From: Candidatus Poribacteria bacterium
GTDB taxonomy: Bacteria; Poribacteria; WGA-4E; PCPOR2b
DNA: 64,000 bases
Assembly: GCA_965218095.1 (NCBI GenBank)
Contig: OZ244587.1
Span: forward strand, 2,624,001 to 2,688,000
Direction of reading: 5' to 3'
In this document: positions 31,901-39,855 of the stretch, in pieces
Position numbering within the stretch: the first letter of the stretch is position 1
How the letters are laid out: the number at the start of each line of letters is the position of its first letter
The notes under the pieces: generated by a model
The model's input: the letters and a program-made list of their open reading frames with translations, nothing else
The model's database searches: none
Told to the model about the DNA's origin: nothing
Made by a program: the position numbers and the translations under genes

Positions 31901-32440
31901 TTAGTGGTTCTTTCAGGAGAGATATTTTTTTGGTATTGGTTAGTCCGAGGAGATGGATTCCATTTAACAACTGGAGATGTTTCAAACTTTCTTAAAGTCC
32001 TTGGACAACTCTCGCCTGAATATCAAGAATATTTGGGCATGTTAGGTGCATGTTTGCACAATAGACGATATGAAGCCTTAGTATTCAAAAAGAATGCTGG
32101 AAAATATGTTGGAAATTTTAATTACCGAAGTCAATTTCCCATTACGCGAAGATCTGATTTGCTGCTTTTAGCCGGTTTAGATCTGGATAAAAATATAGCA
32201 CTAGCGATTTTTGATAATGTGCAGCGTATTTTATCTATCAACGAATTTGCAGGTGAAAAATCTATACCACAAGCGGTTAAACAAAAATTTCCTCCCTCGA
32301 ATATTGATTCTAATCTGGAGTCTGATATTTTTGATCAATTAGATCGCCTGATTGTTGACCATTACAACTTCACCGACGAAGAATTAGACTTCATCATCAA
32401 CTACGACATCAAATATCGGATGGGATTGGGAAATGACTGA
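28970..32440 (+). CDS. Eco57I-like (type IIG-related) N6-adenine DNA methyltransferase with C-terminal target recognition domain
   Basis: VPYLNGGIF, GAYYT, DPTCGSGAF, LYGVDI, GNPPY, terminal YNFTDEELDFI. Confidence 0.92.
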   Translation: MQINRDRTRQLLRDFEFKSLLVEELGWDRHRGEVKTEIREKGVDETEYSLTAIAQKHGMAVFHCSARIDGRIPDYATRRKIQREVAKSVYEHLIIYTDAEKTTQIWQWVKREQGKPLACREQSYRREQSGEALIQKLNTIVFSLAEEEEGLTLLDVTSRVRAAFDVERVTKRFYDRFKTEHARFLNFLEGIPDQEMQRWYASVMLNRLMFIYFIQKKGFLNNNPDYLRTKLAKSKTNGRDQYYTAFLCPLFFEGFAKPESERSREAKRLLGKVPYLNGGIFQRHQLEELHVEDSRNGGERIQIPDAAFEGLFNFFEAYQWHLDERPLRNDNEINPDVLGYIFEKYINQKQMGAYYTKEDITEYISKNTVIPFLFDAARKKCKIAFEGKASLWQLLGTDPDRYIYDAVKTGIESDLPPEIAAGIDDVSKRGLWNTSAPDKYALPTEIWREVVARRSQYESIHAKLSNGEIDDINALITYNLDIRQFAHDVIENCEGPELLRAFWKAINQVTILDPTCGSGAFLFAALNILEPLYEACLDRMEVFLEELEHTREKPRTERFRDFRKVLEDIEQHPNRRYFILKSIIVNNLYGVDIMEEAIEICKLRLFLKMVAQIEDVDQIEPLPDIDFNIQAGNTLVGYATYNEVEKAVTEKLDFDNTMTRIKEGAEDVKQLFDRFREQQTELGGAVTPDDKQALRDKLKVLEDELNRYLAGEYGVDPNKGSAYQNWLSSHKPFHWFIEFYGILKDGGFNVIIGNPPYVSIRKIDYTSSLEERLKLPDLYGYVLIRTLDLSSDNGRNGMIIPLSITFSRDFSLLRESLYIEGISWFSSFDNIPASIFAGVSQRCTIWIGCKCKSIERACFSSPMYRWRSITRSCLIDRINYVKIAWENNKVLGIPKIHDTVLSKVLDVIDVRTHKPSQRVFALPKETSLSLYFSPSARNFISVFKSEPPCLDAHTLEIVSSSSVQKVNLHRKTNINSALVVLSGEIFFWYWLVRGDGFHLTTGDVSNFLKVLGQLSPEYQEYLGMLGACLHNRRYEALVFKKNAGKYVGNFNYRSQFPITRRSDLLLLAGLDLDKNIALAIFDNVQRILSINEFAGEKSIPQAVKQKFPPSNIDSNLESDIFDQLDRLIVDHYNFTDEELDFIINYDIKYRMGLGND

Positions 32441-32837
32441 AGAACAGGAAATGACACTAGAGGGATATAAAGATTTAAGTGCTTGGAATCAACGGGATGC
32501 CCAAACTGTCGTGTCTTTTGATAAAATTTTCTTGCCTGCATCAATTGGCGCATGTGTTTTATCATTAGTAAAAGAACCGTCACAGTTTATTTATGTTTAT
32601 GTCGCGAGCGTGTTATTACTAACATTTTGGGTGTTTCTATCTTGGCGATATAGGCAAAGGATTGCAGACAGATTTTGCATAATGAAAAAGATAGAACGCC
32701 GTTTAGGGTTTGAGGCACATTCGCTAATATCTGATGAACTGAGAGCCCCAAAAGACCGAACATTGAGATGGGGGTTTTACTGGGTGGCTGTTTGTTCGGG
32801 TGCGGTGGTGCTGCTGTGGCAGTGGCTGATCTGTTAG
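32433..32837 (+). CDS. Small membrane protein with about 3 TM segments
   Basis: Overlaps the MTase stop; hydrophobic segments IFLPASIGACVLSLV, FIYVYVASVLLLTFWVFLSW, FYWVAVCSGAVVLLWQW. Confidence 0.7.
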   Translation: MTEEQEMTLEGYKDLSAWNQRDAQTVVSFDKIFLPASIGACVLSLVKEPSQFIYVYVASVLLLTFWVFLSWRYRQRIADRFCIMKKIERRLGFEAHSLISDELRAPKDRTLRWGFYWVAVCSGAVVLLWQWLIC

Positions 32838-32964
32838 GAGGAGACTTTGATCACATTTATAGGGCGCAATGTTGAAACAGGCTGGCTTATAAGTCGTAAG
32901 GAAGTCAAACACTAGACGAAAACGGCAGTGGTTGAAACCATCAAAAACCGAAAAAAGAAATAGA

Positions 32965-33303
32965 ATGCGTGTTGTACAAACAAGAGAGCTAGAAATCTAC
33001 CGCGACGCAAACGGTCGAGCACCTTACATCAAATGGTTTGAATCAATTCGAGATCTAAAGACGCGAACTCAAATTCAATCCCGAATTGACCGCATCAAAT
33101 CCGGTAATTTAGGCGATTACAAATCCGTTGGAGACGATGTATTTGAACTCCGCTTTCGATCTGGTCCCGGCTATCGAATCTATTTTGGACAAGTAGGTAA
33201 TACCATTGTGTTGCTCCTCTGCGGCGGGGACAAATCTTCGCAAGACAGAGATATTAGACGAGCAAAAGCCTATTGGCAGGAATACAAGGAGGTGCCAAAA
33301 TGA
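32965..33303 (+). CDS. RelE/ParE-superfamily toxin (addiction-module killer, HigB/HI1419-like)
   Basis: GNLGDYKSVGDDVFELR, GPGYRIYF, LLLCGGDKSSQDRDI. Confidence 0.92.
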   Translation: MRVVQTRELEIYRDANGRAPYIKWFESIRDLKTRTQIQSRIDRIKSGNLGDYKSVGDDVFELRFRSGPGYRIYFGQVGNTIVLLLCGGDKSSQDRDIRRAKAYWQEYKEVPK

Positions 33304-34649
33304 GACAAATGATAAAATACCGCGATTACCTAGTCGGAAGACTTGCCGATTGCGAAGAGGCAATCGCCTATCTTCAAACCTCCCTAGAAGAATACCAAAA
33401 AGACGGTGACGCTGTTGCATTTTTGATAGCACTCCAAAGCATCGCCGAAGCGCAGGCAGGGAACAACGAACTCGCTTCCCAAGTCTATTTATTGAGCGGC
33501 GGAGTTCACCGCTCACGAGGGGAGTATGACTGGGCGATTGAAGACTATAATACAGTGATAAAACTGACTAACACAATGATAGAAATGAATCCCAATAATG
33601 TTGAAGCCTATATCCGCCGTGGCATGGCTTACCACTACAAAGGCGAGTATGGCTCCACCATTGAAGACTTTACCAAAGCAATAGAACTGGATCCAAGCAT
33701 ACCTCAACTCTATTTAGCGCGAGGCATGGCTTACCACCAGAAATGCGAGTATGGCTCCGCCATTGAAGACGCTACTAAAGCATTAGAACTGAATCCTGAT
33801 AATGCCGAGGCCTATGTGCATCGCGGTCTGGCTTATCAGAGCAAAGGTGATTATGACCGTAGCAAGGACGATTATGACCGCGCCATCGCAGACTTTACCA
33901 AAGCAATAGACCTGAACCCCAATGATACCAACGCGTATTGCGGTCGTGGCTACGCTTACCAGAGCAGAGGTGATTATGACCGTAGCAAAGGCGATTATGA
34001 CCGCGCCATCGCAGACTTTACCAAAGCAACAGACCTGAACCCCAATGATGCCAGAGCCTATTGTGGCCGCGGTTACGCACGTCAAAGCAAAGGCGATTAT
34101 GACGATGCCATCGCAGACTGTACCAAAGCGGTAGCACTGAACCCCAATGATGCCAAAGTCTATAACCATCGCGGAGTTGTCTATTATCACAAAGGCGATT
34201 ATGACGATGCTATCACAGACTTTACCAAAGCGATAGCACTGGATCCCAATTATGCCAAACCCTATAATAGTCGCGGGGCTGTCTATTGTGATAAAGGCGA
34301 AGTTGATCTTGCCATCGTGGACCTGAACAGGGCGATACAACTCAACCCTGATTATGCCGACGCCTATTACAATCGTGGTCTAACTTACGGGGTCAAAGGC
34401 GATTATGACGATGCCATCGTAGACTATAACAAAGCGATAGCACTGAATCCCAATTATGCCGACGTTTATAACAATCACTGGACAGCGCGGTTACACCCGG
34501 AAGTACACGAAGAAACCAGATCAGACCAAACGGCTGCCAGAGACATGGGGAGAAATATCATTACTCCGTTTCATGACGCTTACGAAAACGTCCCGGGTGT
34601 GAATCTGCCGGAAGAAATCGCTGCAATACTGATACCCCCGCAGGCATGA
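33300..34649 (+). CDS. Addiction-module antidote N-terminal domain fused to a TPR array
   Basis: ATGA overlap with the toxin, AAGGAGG RBS; EEAIAYLQTSLEEYQKDGDAVAFLIALQSIAEAQ then about ten AYxxRG...AIxDxxKAIxLxP repeats. Confidence 0.88.
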   Translation: MRQMIKYRDYLVGRLADCEEAIAYLQTSLEEYQKDGDAVAFLIALQSIAEAQAGNNELASQVYLLSGGVHRSRGEYDWAIEDYNTVIKLTNTMIEMNPNNVEAYIRRGMAYHYKGEYGSTIEDFTKAIELDPSIPQLYLARGMAYHQKCEYGSAIEDATKALELNPDNAEAYVHRGLAYQSKGDYDRSKDDYDRAIADFTKAIDLNPNDTNAYCGRGYAYQSRGDYDRSKGDYDRAIADFTKATDLNPNDARAYCGRGYARQSKGDYDDAIADCTKAVALNPNDAKVYNHRGVVYYHKGDYDDAITDFTKAIALDPNYAKPYNSRGAVYCDKGEVDLAIVDLNRAIQLNPDYADAYYNRGLTYGVKGDYDDAIVDYNKAIALNPNYADVYNNHWTARLHPEVHEETRSDQTAARDMGRNIITPFHDAYENVPGVNLPEEIAAILIPPQA

Positions 34650-34680
34650 ATGTTGACAAAATGATGTATTCCGATTTTTA

Positions 34681-34925
34681 CGAAACGAACCCAAACGCGT
34701 CGGTGTGTCGGAATTGTCGGAAAGCTCTAATGGGCGCAAGCTCAAACCTCAATAACTGTAGTGAACGGTAGTTATACAAAGCACTGAATAAATAGGAAGA
34801 TTTGCAACAGCGGCGGAAAGCGGAAGGGCGATAGCCGTTTTTTGCGAAACGAACCCAAACCGCGTCGGTGTGTCGGAATTGTCGGAAAACGTAGTGGGTG
34901 CAGGCTCATAACTCAAGAACTGTAG
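34681..34925. repeat. Two ~81-bp direct repeats (34681-34761, 34845-34925)
   Basis: Both begin cgaaacgaacccaaac(c)gcgtcggtgtgtcggaattgtcggaaa and end aactgtag. Confidence 0.8.
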
Positions 34926-35006
34926 GATACTCAATTTGTTGGACGCTTTTTAGTAAACCCGCGCCGCAACCCAACTTTTTCGTTTGAGGAGTGAAAGATC
35001 GTAACT

Positions 35007-35798
35007 ATGCAACCAATACAACAAATATTCCCAAAGCTATTCTCAATGTTTTCAGATGCAGATGATTTACTCAGTCTTGAACCAGAGGAACTTGCCGGAC
35101 GGCTCTTACTATCTTTAGAGGGCAATGATCGCATCATTCGGGACAACGTTATCTCATCTGAGCTTATGTCAATATCATTCGAGTCCATGCCAGAGATGCG
35201 TCAAAAGTACCCCTCTGGCCGTGACAATGAAATTCTCTTTGCACTCATGGAAGCTTGGCAGTGGTTGGAGCGTGAAGGGTTTATTGCCCCAAGACCAACT
35301 AGCTTAGTGGGCGAATCGTCCCCAGGTGGAATAGATGTATACTTCGTTACCCGACGAGGCAAAAGAATCGAGGCGCCCGAGGACTTAGAGGCTTATCGCA
35401 AGGCAAACCTTTTACCTAAACGCCAACTTCACCCTATAATCGCTCAAAAAGTGTGGTCGCCGTTCTTACGAGGAGACTATGATGATGCTGTTTTTCAAGC
35501 ATTCAAAGAGGTCGAAATCGCTGTCCGCAAAGCTGGAGGTTACGCTAAGCATTATGGTGTCTCTCTGATGCGTAAAGTATTTGATGTCTCAAAGGGTGAG
35601 TTAACCAATCCCGATCCTGATCCTGATCAACCGGAGGCAGAAAAGCAGGCTTTATCAGACCTATTTGCTGGGGCAATTGGCTCTTATAAAAACCCCCACA
35701 GTCACCGAAATGTTCCTGTTACTACAGAAGAAGCAGTTGAGATGATAATCCTTGCAAGTCATCTTCTGCGGATAGTTGATTCACGTAAACCGGCTTGA
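35007..35798 (+). CDS. TIGR02391 (Ymh-like) family protein with an N-terminal extension
   Basis: LHPII, GDYDDAVFQAFKEVEIAVR, YGVSLMRKVF, LFAGAIGSYKNPHSH. Confidence 0.85.
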   Translation: MQPIQQIFPKLFSMFSDADDLLSLEPEELAGRLLLSLEGNDRIIRDNVISSELMSISFESMPEMRQKYPSGRDNEILFALMEAWQWLEREGFIAPRPTSLVGESSPGGIDVYFVTRRGKRIEAPEDLEAYRKANLLPKRQLHPIIAQKVWSPFLRGDYDDAVFQAFKEVEIAVRKAGGYAKHYGVSLMRKVFDVSKGELTNPDPDPDQPEAEKQALSDLFAGAIGSYKNPHSHRNVPVTTEEAVEMIILASHLLRIVDSRKPA

Positions 35799-35959
35799 AA
35801 AGGGGTGGTCATAATTAACCCATATCAAGGCAATTGGAGAAAAACTGAGTTTTTCATTCGTGCATCACCCACCATATCTCAATTGAGCTGATTTGGCCTG
35901 AAATAAATACTTCGGCCAACTCAACAACAATTGAAACATGGTTCGAGGAGGTGATTAGA

Positions 35960-36106
35960 GTGGCAAGAGAAAGAACCGTCAAATACCCACCCAAACGAGG
36001 GAGGCTCAAAAGAAGCGAGGTTAAACGGGTAGTAGAAAAGGTTGTTCTTGGTAGGCGCGGAAATGGAGAGGCGGGGCAGACACGCCAACCGAAAAACAAG
36101 AAATAG
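35960..36106 (+). CDS. Putative 48-aa basic microprotein
   Basis: GAGGAGGTG RBS then GTG; MARERTVKYPPKRGRLKRSEVKRVVEKVVLGRRGNGEAGQTRQPKNKK; below the ORF-track cutoff. Confidence 0.45.
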   Translation: MARERTVKYPPKRGRLKRSEVKRVVEKVVLGRRGNGEAGQTRQPKNKK

Positions 36107-36220
36107 TTTCCCTTACCTCTTTTCTTTCAAAGCCCATCATTAACCATAACCGTATGAGATTGGGAAGTGATTCAAACAAGGTTGAGTGAATATTAAGGAT
36201 TGATTTACAAAGGATTCGGT

Positions 36221-36583
36221 ATGAGAGAAACCGAACAGGACCAGGAAAAACCTCTAGATTGGGTTGGTTCATCACACAAAGATTTGAAGAAATTTCCCGC
36301 AGAGGTTCAAGATGAAATGGGGTACGCGCTTTATGTTGCACAAATTGGGGATAAGCACCCAAAAGCTAAACCGTTAAAGGGATTTTCGGGCGTCATGGAA
36401 ATCCGAAGTAATTACGCAAGTGATACCTATCGGGCTGTGTACACTACCAAAATCGGCGATAGAATTTATGTGCTACACGCTTTTCAAAAGAAATCCAAAA
36501 GAGGCATCCAAACACCGAAGAAAGAAATCGGTCTCATCAAACGCCGATTGAAGCAAGCTCAGGAATTAGCGCAAGGAGGATAG
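36221..36583 (+). CDS. RelE/HigB-family toxin (Gp49/DUF891-like)
   Basis: KPLDWVGSS, AKPLKGF, VMEIR, TYRAVY, YVLHAFQKKSKRGIQTP. Confidence 0.92.
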   Translation: MRETEQDQEKPLDWVGSSHKDLKKFPAEVQDEMGYALYVAQIGDKHPKAKPLKGFSGVMEIRSNYASDTYRAVYTTKIGDRIYVLHAFQKKSKRGIQTPKKEIGLIKRRLKQAQELAQGG

Positions 36584-36586
36584 ATC

Positions 36587-37921
36587 ATGACAGACTATAC
36601 CCCCGGTTCAGGAAACGTTTTTAAGGATTTAGAACTTCCCTCACCCAATGAAAGATTGGCAAAAGCAAAACTTGCATATAAAATCAACCGCTTGATTGCT
36701 GATCAGGGCATGATTCAAAAGAGAGCTGCGGATTTTTTGGGAATAAGCCGATCAAAAATGACGGCACTGAGAAACGGTCGTTTGAAGAACTTTAGCATTG
36801 ACTATTTGGGTTCTCTATTGGGAAAATTGGATCCACATACTGACCTCGATGCTCAAGGTTATGTGCGACGCGCTATTGAGGCATACCACAAAGGCGAGTA
36901 TGGCTCCGCCATTGAAGACTTTACCAAAGCAATAGAACTGGATCCAAGCATACCTCAACTCTATTTAGCGCGAGGCATGGCTTACCACCAGAAATGCGAG
37001 TATAGCTCCGCCATTGAAGACGCTACTAAAGCATTAGAACTGAATCCTGATAATGCCGAGGCCTATGTGCATCGTGGTCTAGCTTATCAGAGCAAAGGTG
37101 ATTATGACCGTAGCAAGGGTGATTATGACCGCGCCATCGAAGACTTTACCAAAGCAATAGAACTGAACCCTAATGATACCAATGCGTATTGCGGTCGTGG
37201 CCACGCTTACCAGAGCAAAGGTGATTATAATCGTAGCAAAGACGATTATGACCGCGCCATCGAAGACTTTACCAAAGCAATAGAACTGAACCCTAATGAT
37301 ACCAGAGCCTATTGTGGTCGCGGTTACGCCCATCAAAGCAAAGGCGATTATGGCGATGCCATCGAAGACTGTACCAAAGCGGTAGCACTGGATCCCAATG
37401 ATGCCAAAGCCTATAACCATCGCGGCATTATCTATTATTACAAAGGTGATTATGACCGTGCCATTGAAGACTTTAATAGAGCGATACAACTCAAACCCAA
37501 TTATGCCCAAGCCTATAATAGTCGCGGGGCTGTCTATTGTGCTAAAAGCGAAGTTGACCGTGCCATTGTGGATTTTAACAGGGCAATACAACTCAACACT
37601 GATTATGCCGAGGCTTATTACAACCGTGGCGTAGCTTACAGGGTCAAGGGCTTGGTTGACCGCGCCATTGAAGACTATAACAGGGCGATACAACTCAAAC
37701 CCAATTATGCCGACGTTTATAAAAATCACTGGGAGGCGTGGTTACACCCAAAAGTACGCGAAGAAACCAGATCAGACCAAACGACTGCCAGAGACATGAG
37801 CAGAAATATCATCACTTCGTCTTATAACGACTCGTCTTATAACGACTACAACAACAGCCCAGGTGTGAATCCGCCAAAAGGAAACACTACAATTGACATT
37901 TCCGCAGGCGTGAATGTTTAA
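36587..37921 (+). CDS. XRE/HTH_37 (HigA-like) antitoxin fused to a TPR array
   Basis: GSGNVFKDL, AKAKLAYKI, QKRAADFLGISRSKMTALRNGRLKNFSIDYL, then about nine TPRs. Confidence 0.9.
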   Translation: MTDYTPGSGNVFKDLELPSPNERLAKAKLAYKINRLIADQGMIQKRAADFLGISRSKMTALRNGRLKNFSIDYLGSLLGKLDPHTDLDAQGYVRRAIEAYHKGEYGSAIEDFTKAIELDPSIPQLYLARGMAYHQKCEYSSAIEDATKALELNPDNAEAYVHRGLAYQSKGDYDRSKGDYDRAIEDFTKAIELNPNDTNAYCGRGHAYQSKGDYNRSKDDYDRAIEDFTKAIELNPNDTRAYCGRGYAHQSKGDYGDAIEDCTKAVALDPNDAKAYNHRGIIYYYKGDYDRAIEDFNRAIQLKPNYAQAYNSRGAVYCAKSEVDRAIVDFNRAIQLNTDYAEAYYNRGVAYRVKGLVDRAIEDYNRAIQLKPNYADVYKNHWEAWLHPKVREETRSDQTTARDMSRNIITSSYNDSSYNDYNNSPGVNPPKGNTTIDISAGVNV

Positions 37922-37936
37922 AGGAGTACCCTAGGC

Positions 37937-39229
37937 ATGTCGAAAGAAACGGTCGAAGGCATCACCAAGATAGTTGTGAGCGGTTTCAAGTCGCTCGCGG
38001 AAGAGTGTGCAATCGACATCCGTCCGCTGACGATCCTTGCCGGCGCGAATAGCTCCGGGAAATCGAGCATCATGCAACCGCTCTTGATGCTGAAGCAGAC
38101 GCTGGAGGCACCGTATGATCCGGGCCCGCTGCTGATTGATGGACCAAACGTTCAGTTTACTGAGGCAACGCAATTTTTGTCCGCACTACCTAACGGAAAA
38201 AGAACAGATCGTTTTCAGATTCAGATTCAGACTCATAAATCTAATGTTTCCAATGCAGTGCGAACGACTTTCAGAAAGGGAAAGAATGGGATTGAAATTG
38301 TCGAAATGACGAAAGAAAATTTAGACCCCGATCAAGCGTTATCTACCAAGTCCCTTACATTATATCCAGAGATGTCGTCTGAAGAAATCAAGTCGCTAGG
38401 TAATCAAGATCCGGCATTCAAGAATTTTGATATAGTGAAGCGTTCGCGCTGTTTTTTGTATTTGGGATCTCAGTATAGTAGTGGGTTCTATGAGGTTACT
38501 TATGGCTTTGGGGCATATATTTTTAATACCATCCACCTACCCGGATTGCGAGGCAATCCAGAACGCACCTACAAACCTGCCAGCACCGGTCCCCGGTATC
38601 CCGGTACATTTGAAAATTATGTTGCGAGTATCATCCATGATTGGCAGGAGACGGAGGATGATCGTCTGAAAACATTAGCCGATGCCCTCTATACCCTTGG
38701 ACTGACAGGGCGGGTCGGTACAAAAAAAATCGATGACACTCGCATTGAACTTCAAGTTGGCCGCCTTCTTCACCGCGGAACCGGCGAAACGGACATGGTC
38801 AGCATCGCCGATGTGGGATTCGGTGTGTCTCAAGTCTTGCCCATTTTAGTCGCCCTGATTGTCGCCGAGCCGGGGCAGTTGGTCTATCTCGAACAGCCTG
38901 AGATGCATCTCCATCCCCGCGCACAGGTCGCGTTGGCGCAAGTGTTAGCAGATGCGGCGCAACGTGGCGTCCGTGTCGTCGCGGAAACGCACAGTTCGCT
39001 GCTGCTTCTGGCGATTCAAACGCTTGTTGCCGAAGGAAGCCTCTCGCCGGAACTGGTGAGGCTGCATTGGTTCACACGGCGCGAAGATGGTGCCACCGAA
39101 ATCAACACCGCCGATTTGGACGAGGTGGGTGCTTACGGGGATTGGCCCGAAGACTTTGATGATGTTGATCTGAAGACGCAGAGCCGTTATCTAAACGCAG
39201 CCCAATCGCGTCTGGCTGAAAGAGCATAA
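37937..39229 (+). CDS. ABC-type (AAA_15/AAA_21, DUF3696-like) ATPase
   Basis: GFKSL, GANSSGKSS Walker A, VGFGVSQVLP signature, YLEQPEMHLHP, ETHS, DWPEDF. Confidence 0.9.
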   Translation: MSKETVEGITKIVVSGFKSLAEECAIDIRPLTILAGANSSGKSSIMQPLLMLKQTLEAPYDPGPLLIDGPNVQFTEATQFLSALPNGKRTDRFQIQIQTHKSNVSNAVRTTFRKGKNGIEIVEMTKENLDPDQALSTKSLTLYPEMSSEEIKSLGNQDPAFKNFDIVKRSRCFLYLGSQYSSGFYEVTYGFGAYIFNTIHLPGLRGNPERTYKPASTGPRYPGTFENYVASIIHDWQETEDDRLKTLADALYTLGLTGRVGTKKIDDTRIELQVGRLLHRGTGETDMVSIADVGFGVSQVLPILVALIVAEPGQLVYLEQPEMHLHPRAQVALAQVLADAAQRGVRVVAETHSSLLLLAIQTLVAEGSLSPELVRLHWFTRREDGATEINTADLDEVGAYGDWPEDFDDVDLKTQSRYLNAAQSRLAERA

Positions 39230-39230
39230 T

Positions 39231-39788
39231 ATGCGGTCAAGGAATTTCAAGCGGCTCGTTGTGGATGCCTCAGTGGCCTTGGCTGCCGGTGGCGGAGAAG
39301 CAACAGATTCAGACGTGGAAGCAAAGAATTTAGTATCAATCAACTGCACCGAATTTCTCGAAACCTTTCGGTACAAATGTCTGCATCACATCGTGATGAC
39401 ACCAGAGATTTCCGAGGAATGGAATAGACATCAATCGAAATTTACGACCACGTGGCTGAGGTCAATGGTCGCTAGAAAGAGATTCGATTATGTCAAACCT
39501 TCCGTGAACAAAGCGTTGCACGACAAAATCGAAAAGACAACAACCCGCGAAACTGAAATTGAGGTGATGCGAAAAGATTTTCACCTCCTCGAAGCGGCAC
39601 TGGCAACCGACCAGACCATCATTTCGCTTGATGAAACCATCCGGCGGCTTTTCGCCCGCACCGCTGAACGTGTTGGTGAAATCCGGGACATTGTTTGGGT
39701 GAATCCTGACCATACAGAGGAAGATGAACCACTCGATTGGCTCCAAAACGGTGCACCGCCGGAAAATCATCGTAAACTCCGCGCTTGA
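39231..39788 (+). CDS. PIN-like domain protein
   Basis: RLVVDASVA, KDFHLLEAAL and IISLD acidic motifs; starts 1 nt after the ATPase stop. Confidence 0.7.
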   Translation: MRSRNFKRLVVDASVALAAGGGEATDSDVEAKNLVSINCTEFLETFRYKCLHHIVMTPEISEEWNRHQSKFTTTWLRSMVARKRFDYVKPSVNKALHDKIEKTTTRETEIEVMRKDFHLLEAALATDQTIISLDETIRRLFARTAERVGEIRDIVWVNPDHTEEDEPLDWLQNGAPPENHRKLRA

Positions 39789-39855
39789 CCGTACATTTAT
39801 CCCTAAAAATAGGGGGATTGTTTAGTTTGGCGCAGCATCCGTATAAGACTCGGAA

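Noticed and set aside
25470-32440. Canonical DISARM or BREX system
   Set aside because: No drmA/drmB (DUF1998) and no pglZ/brxC genes are visible
34681-34925. Direct repeats as a CRISPR array
   Set aside because: Only two units of ~81 bp with an 83-nt spacer, outside CRISPR size ranges, and no cas genes in the window
33638-37815. TPR paralogs as a diversity-generating retroelement TR/VR pair
   Set aside because: Both copies are coding, differences are not adenine-specific, and there is no reverse transcriptase in the window
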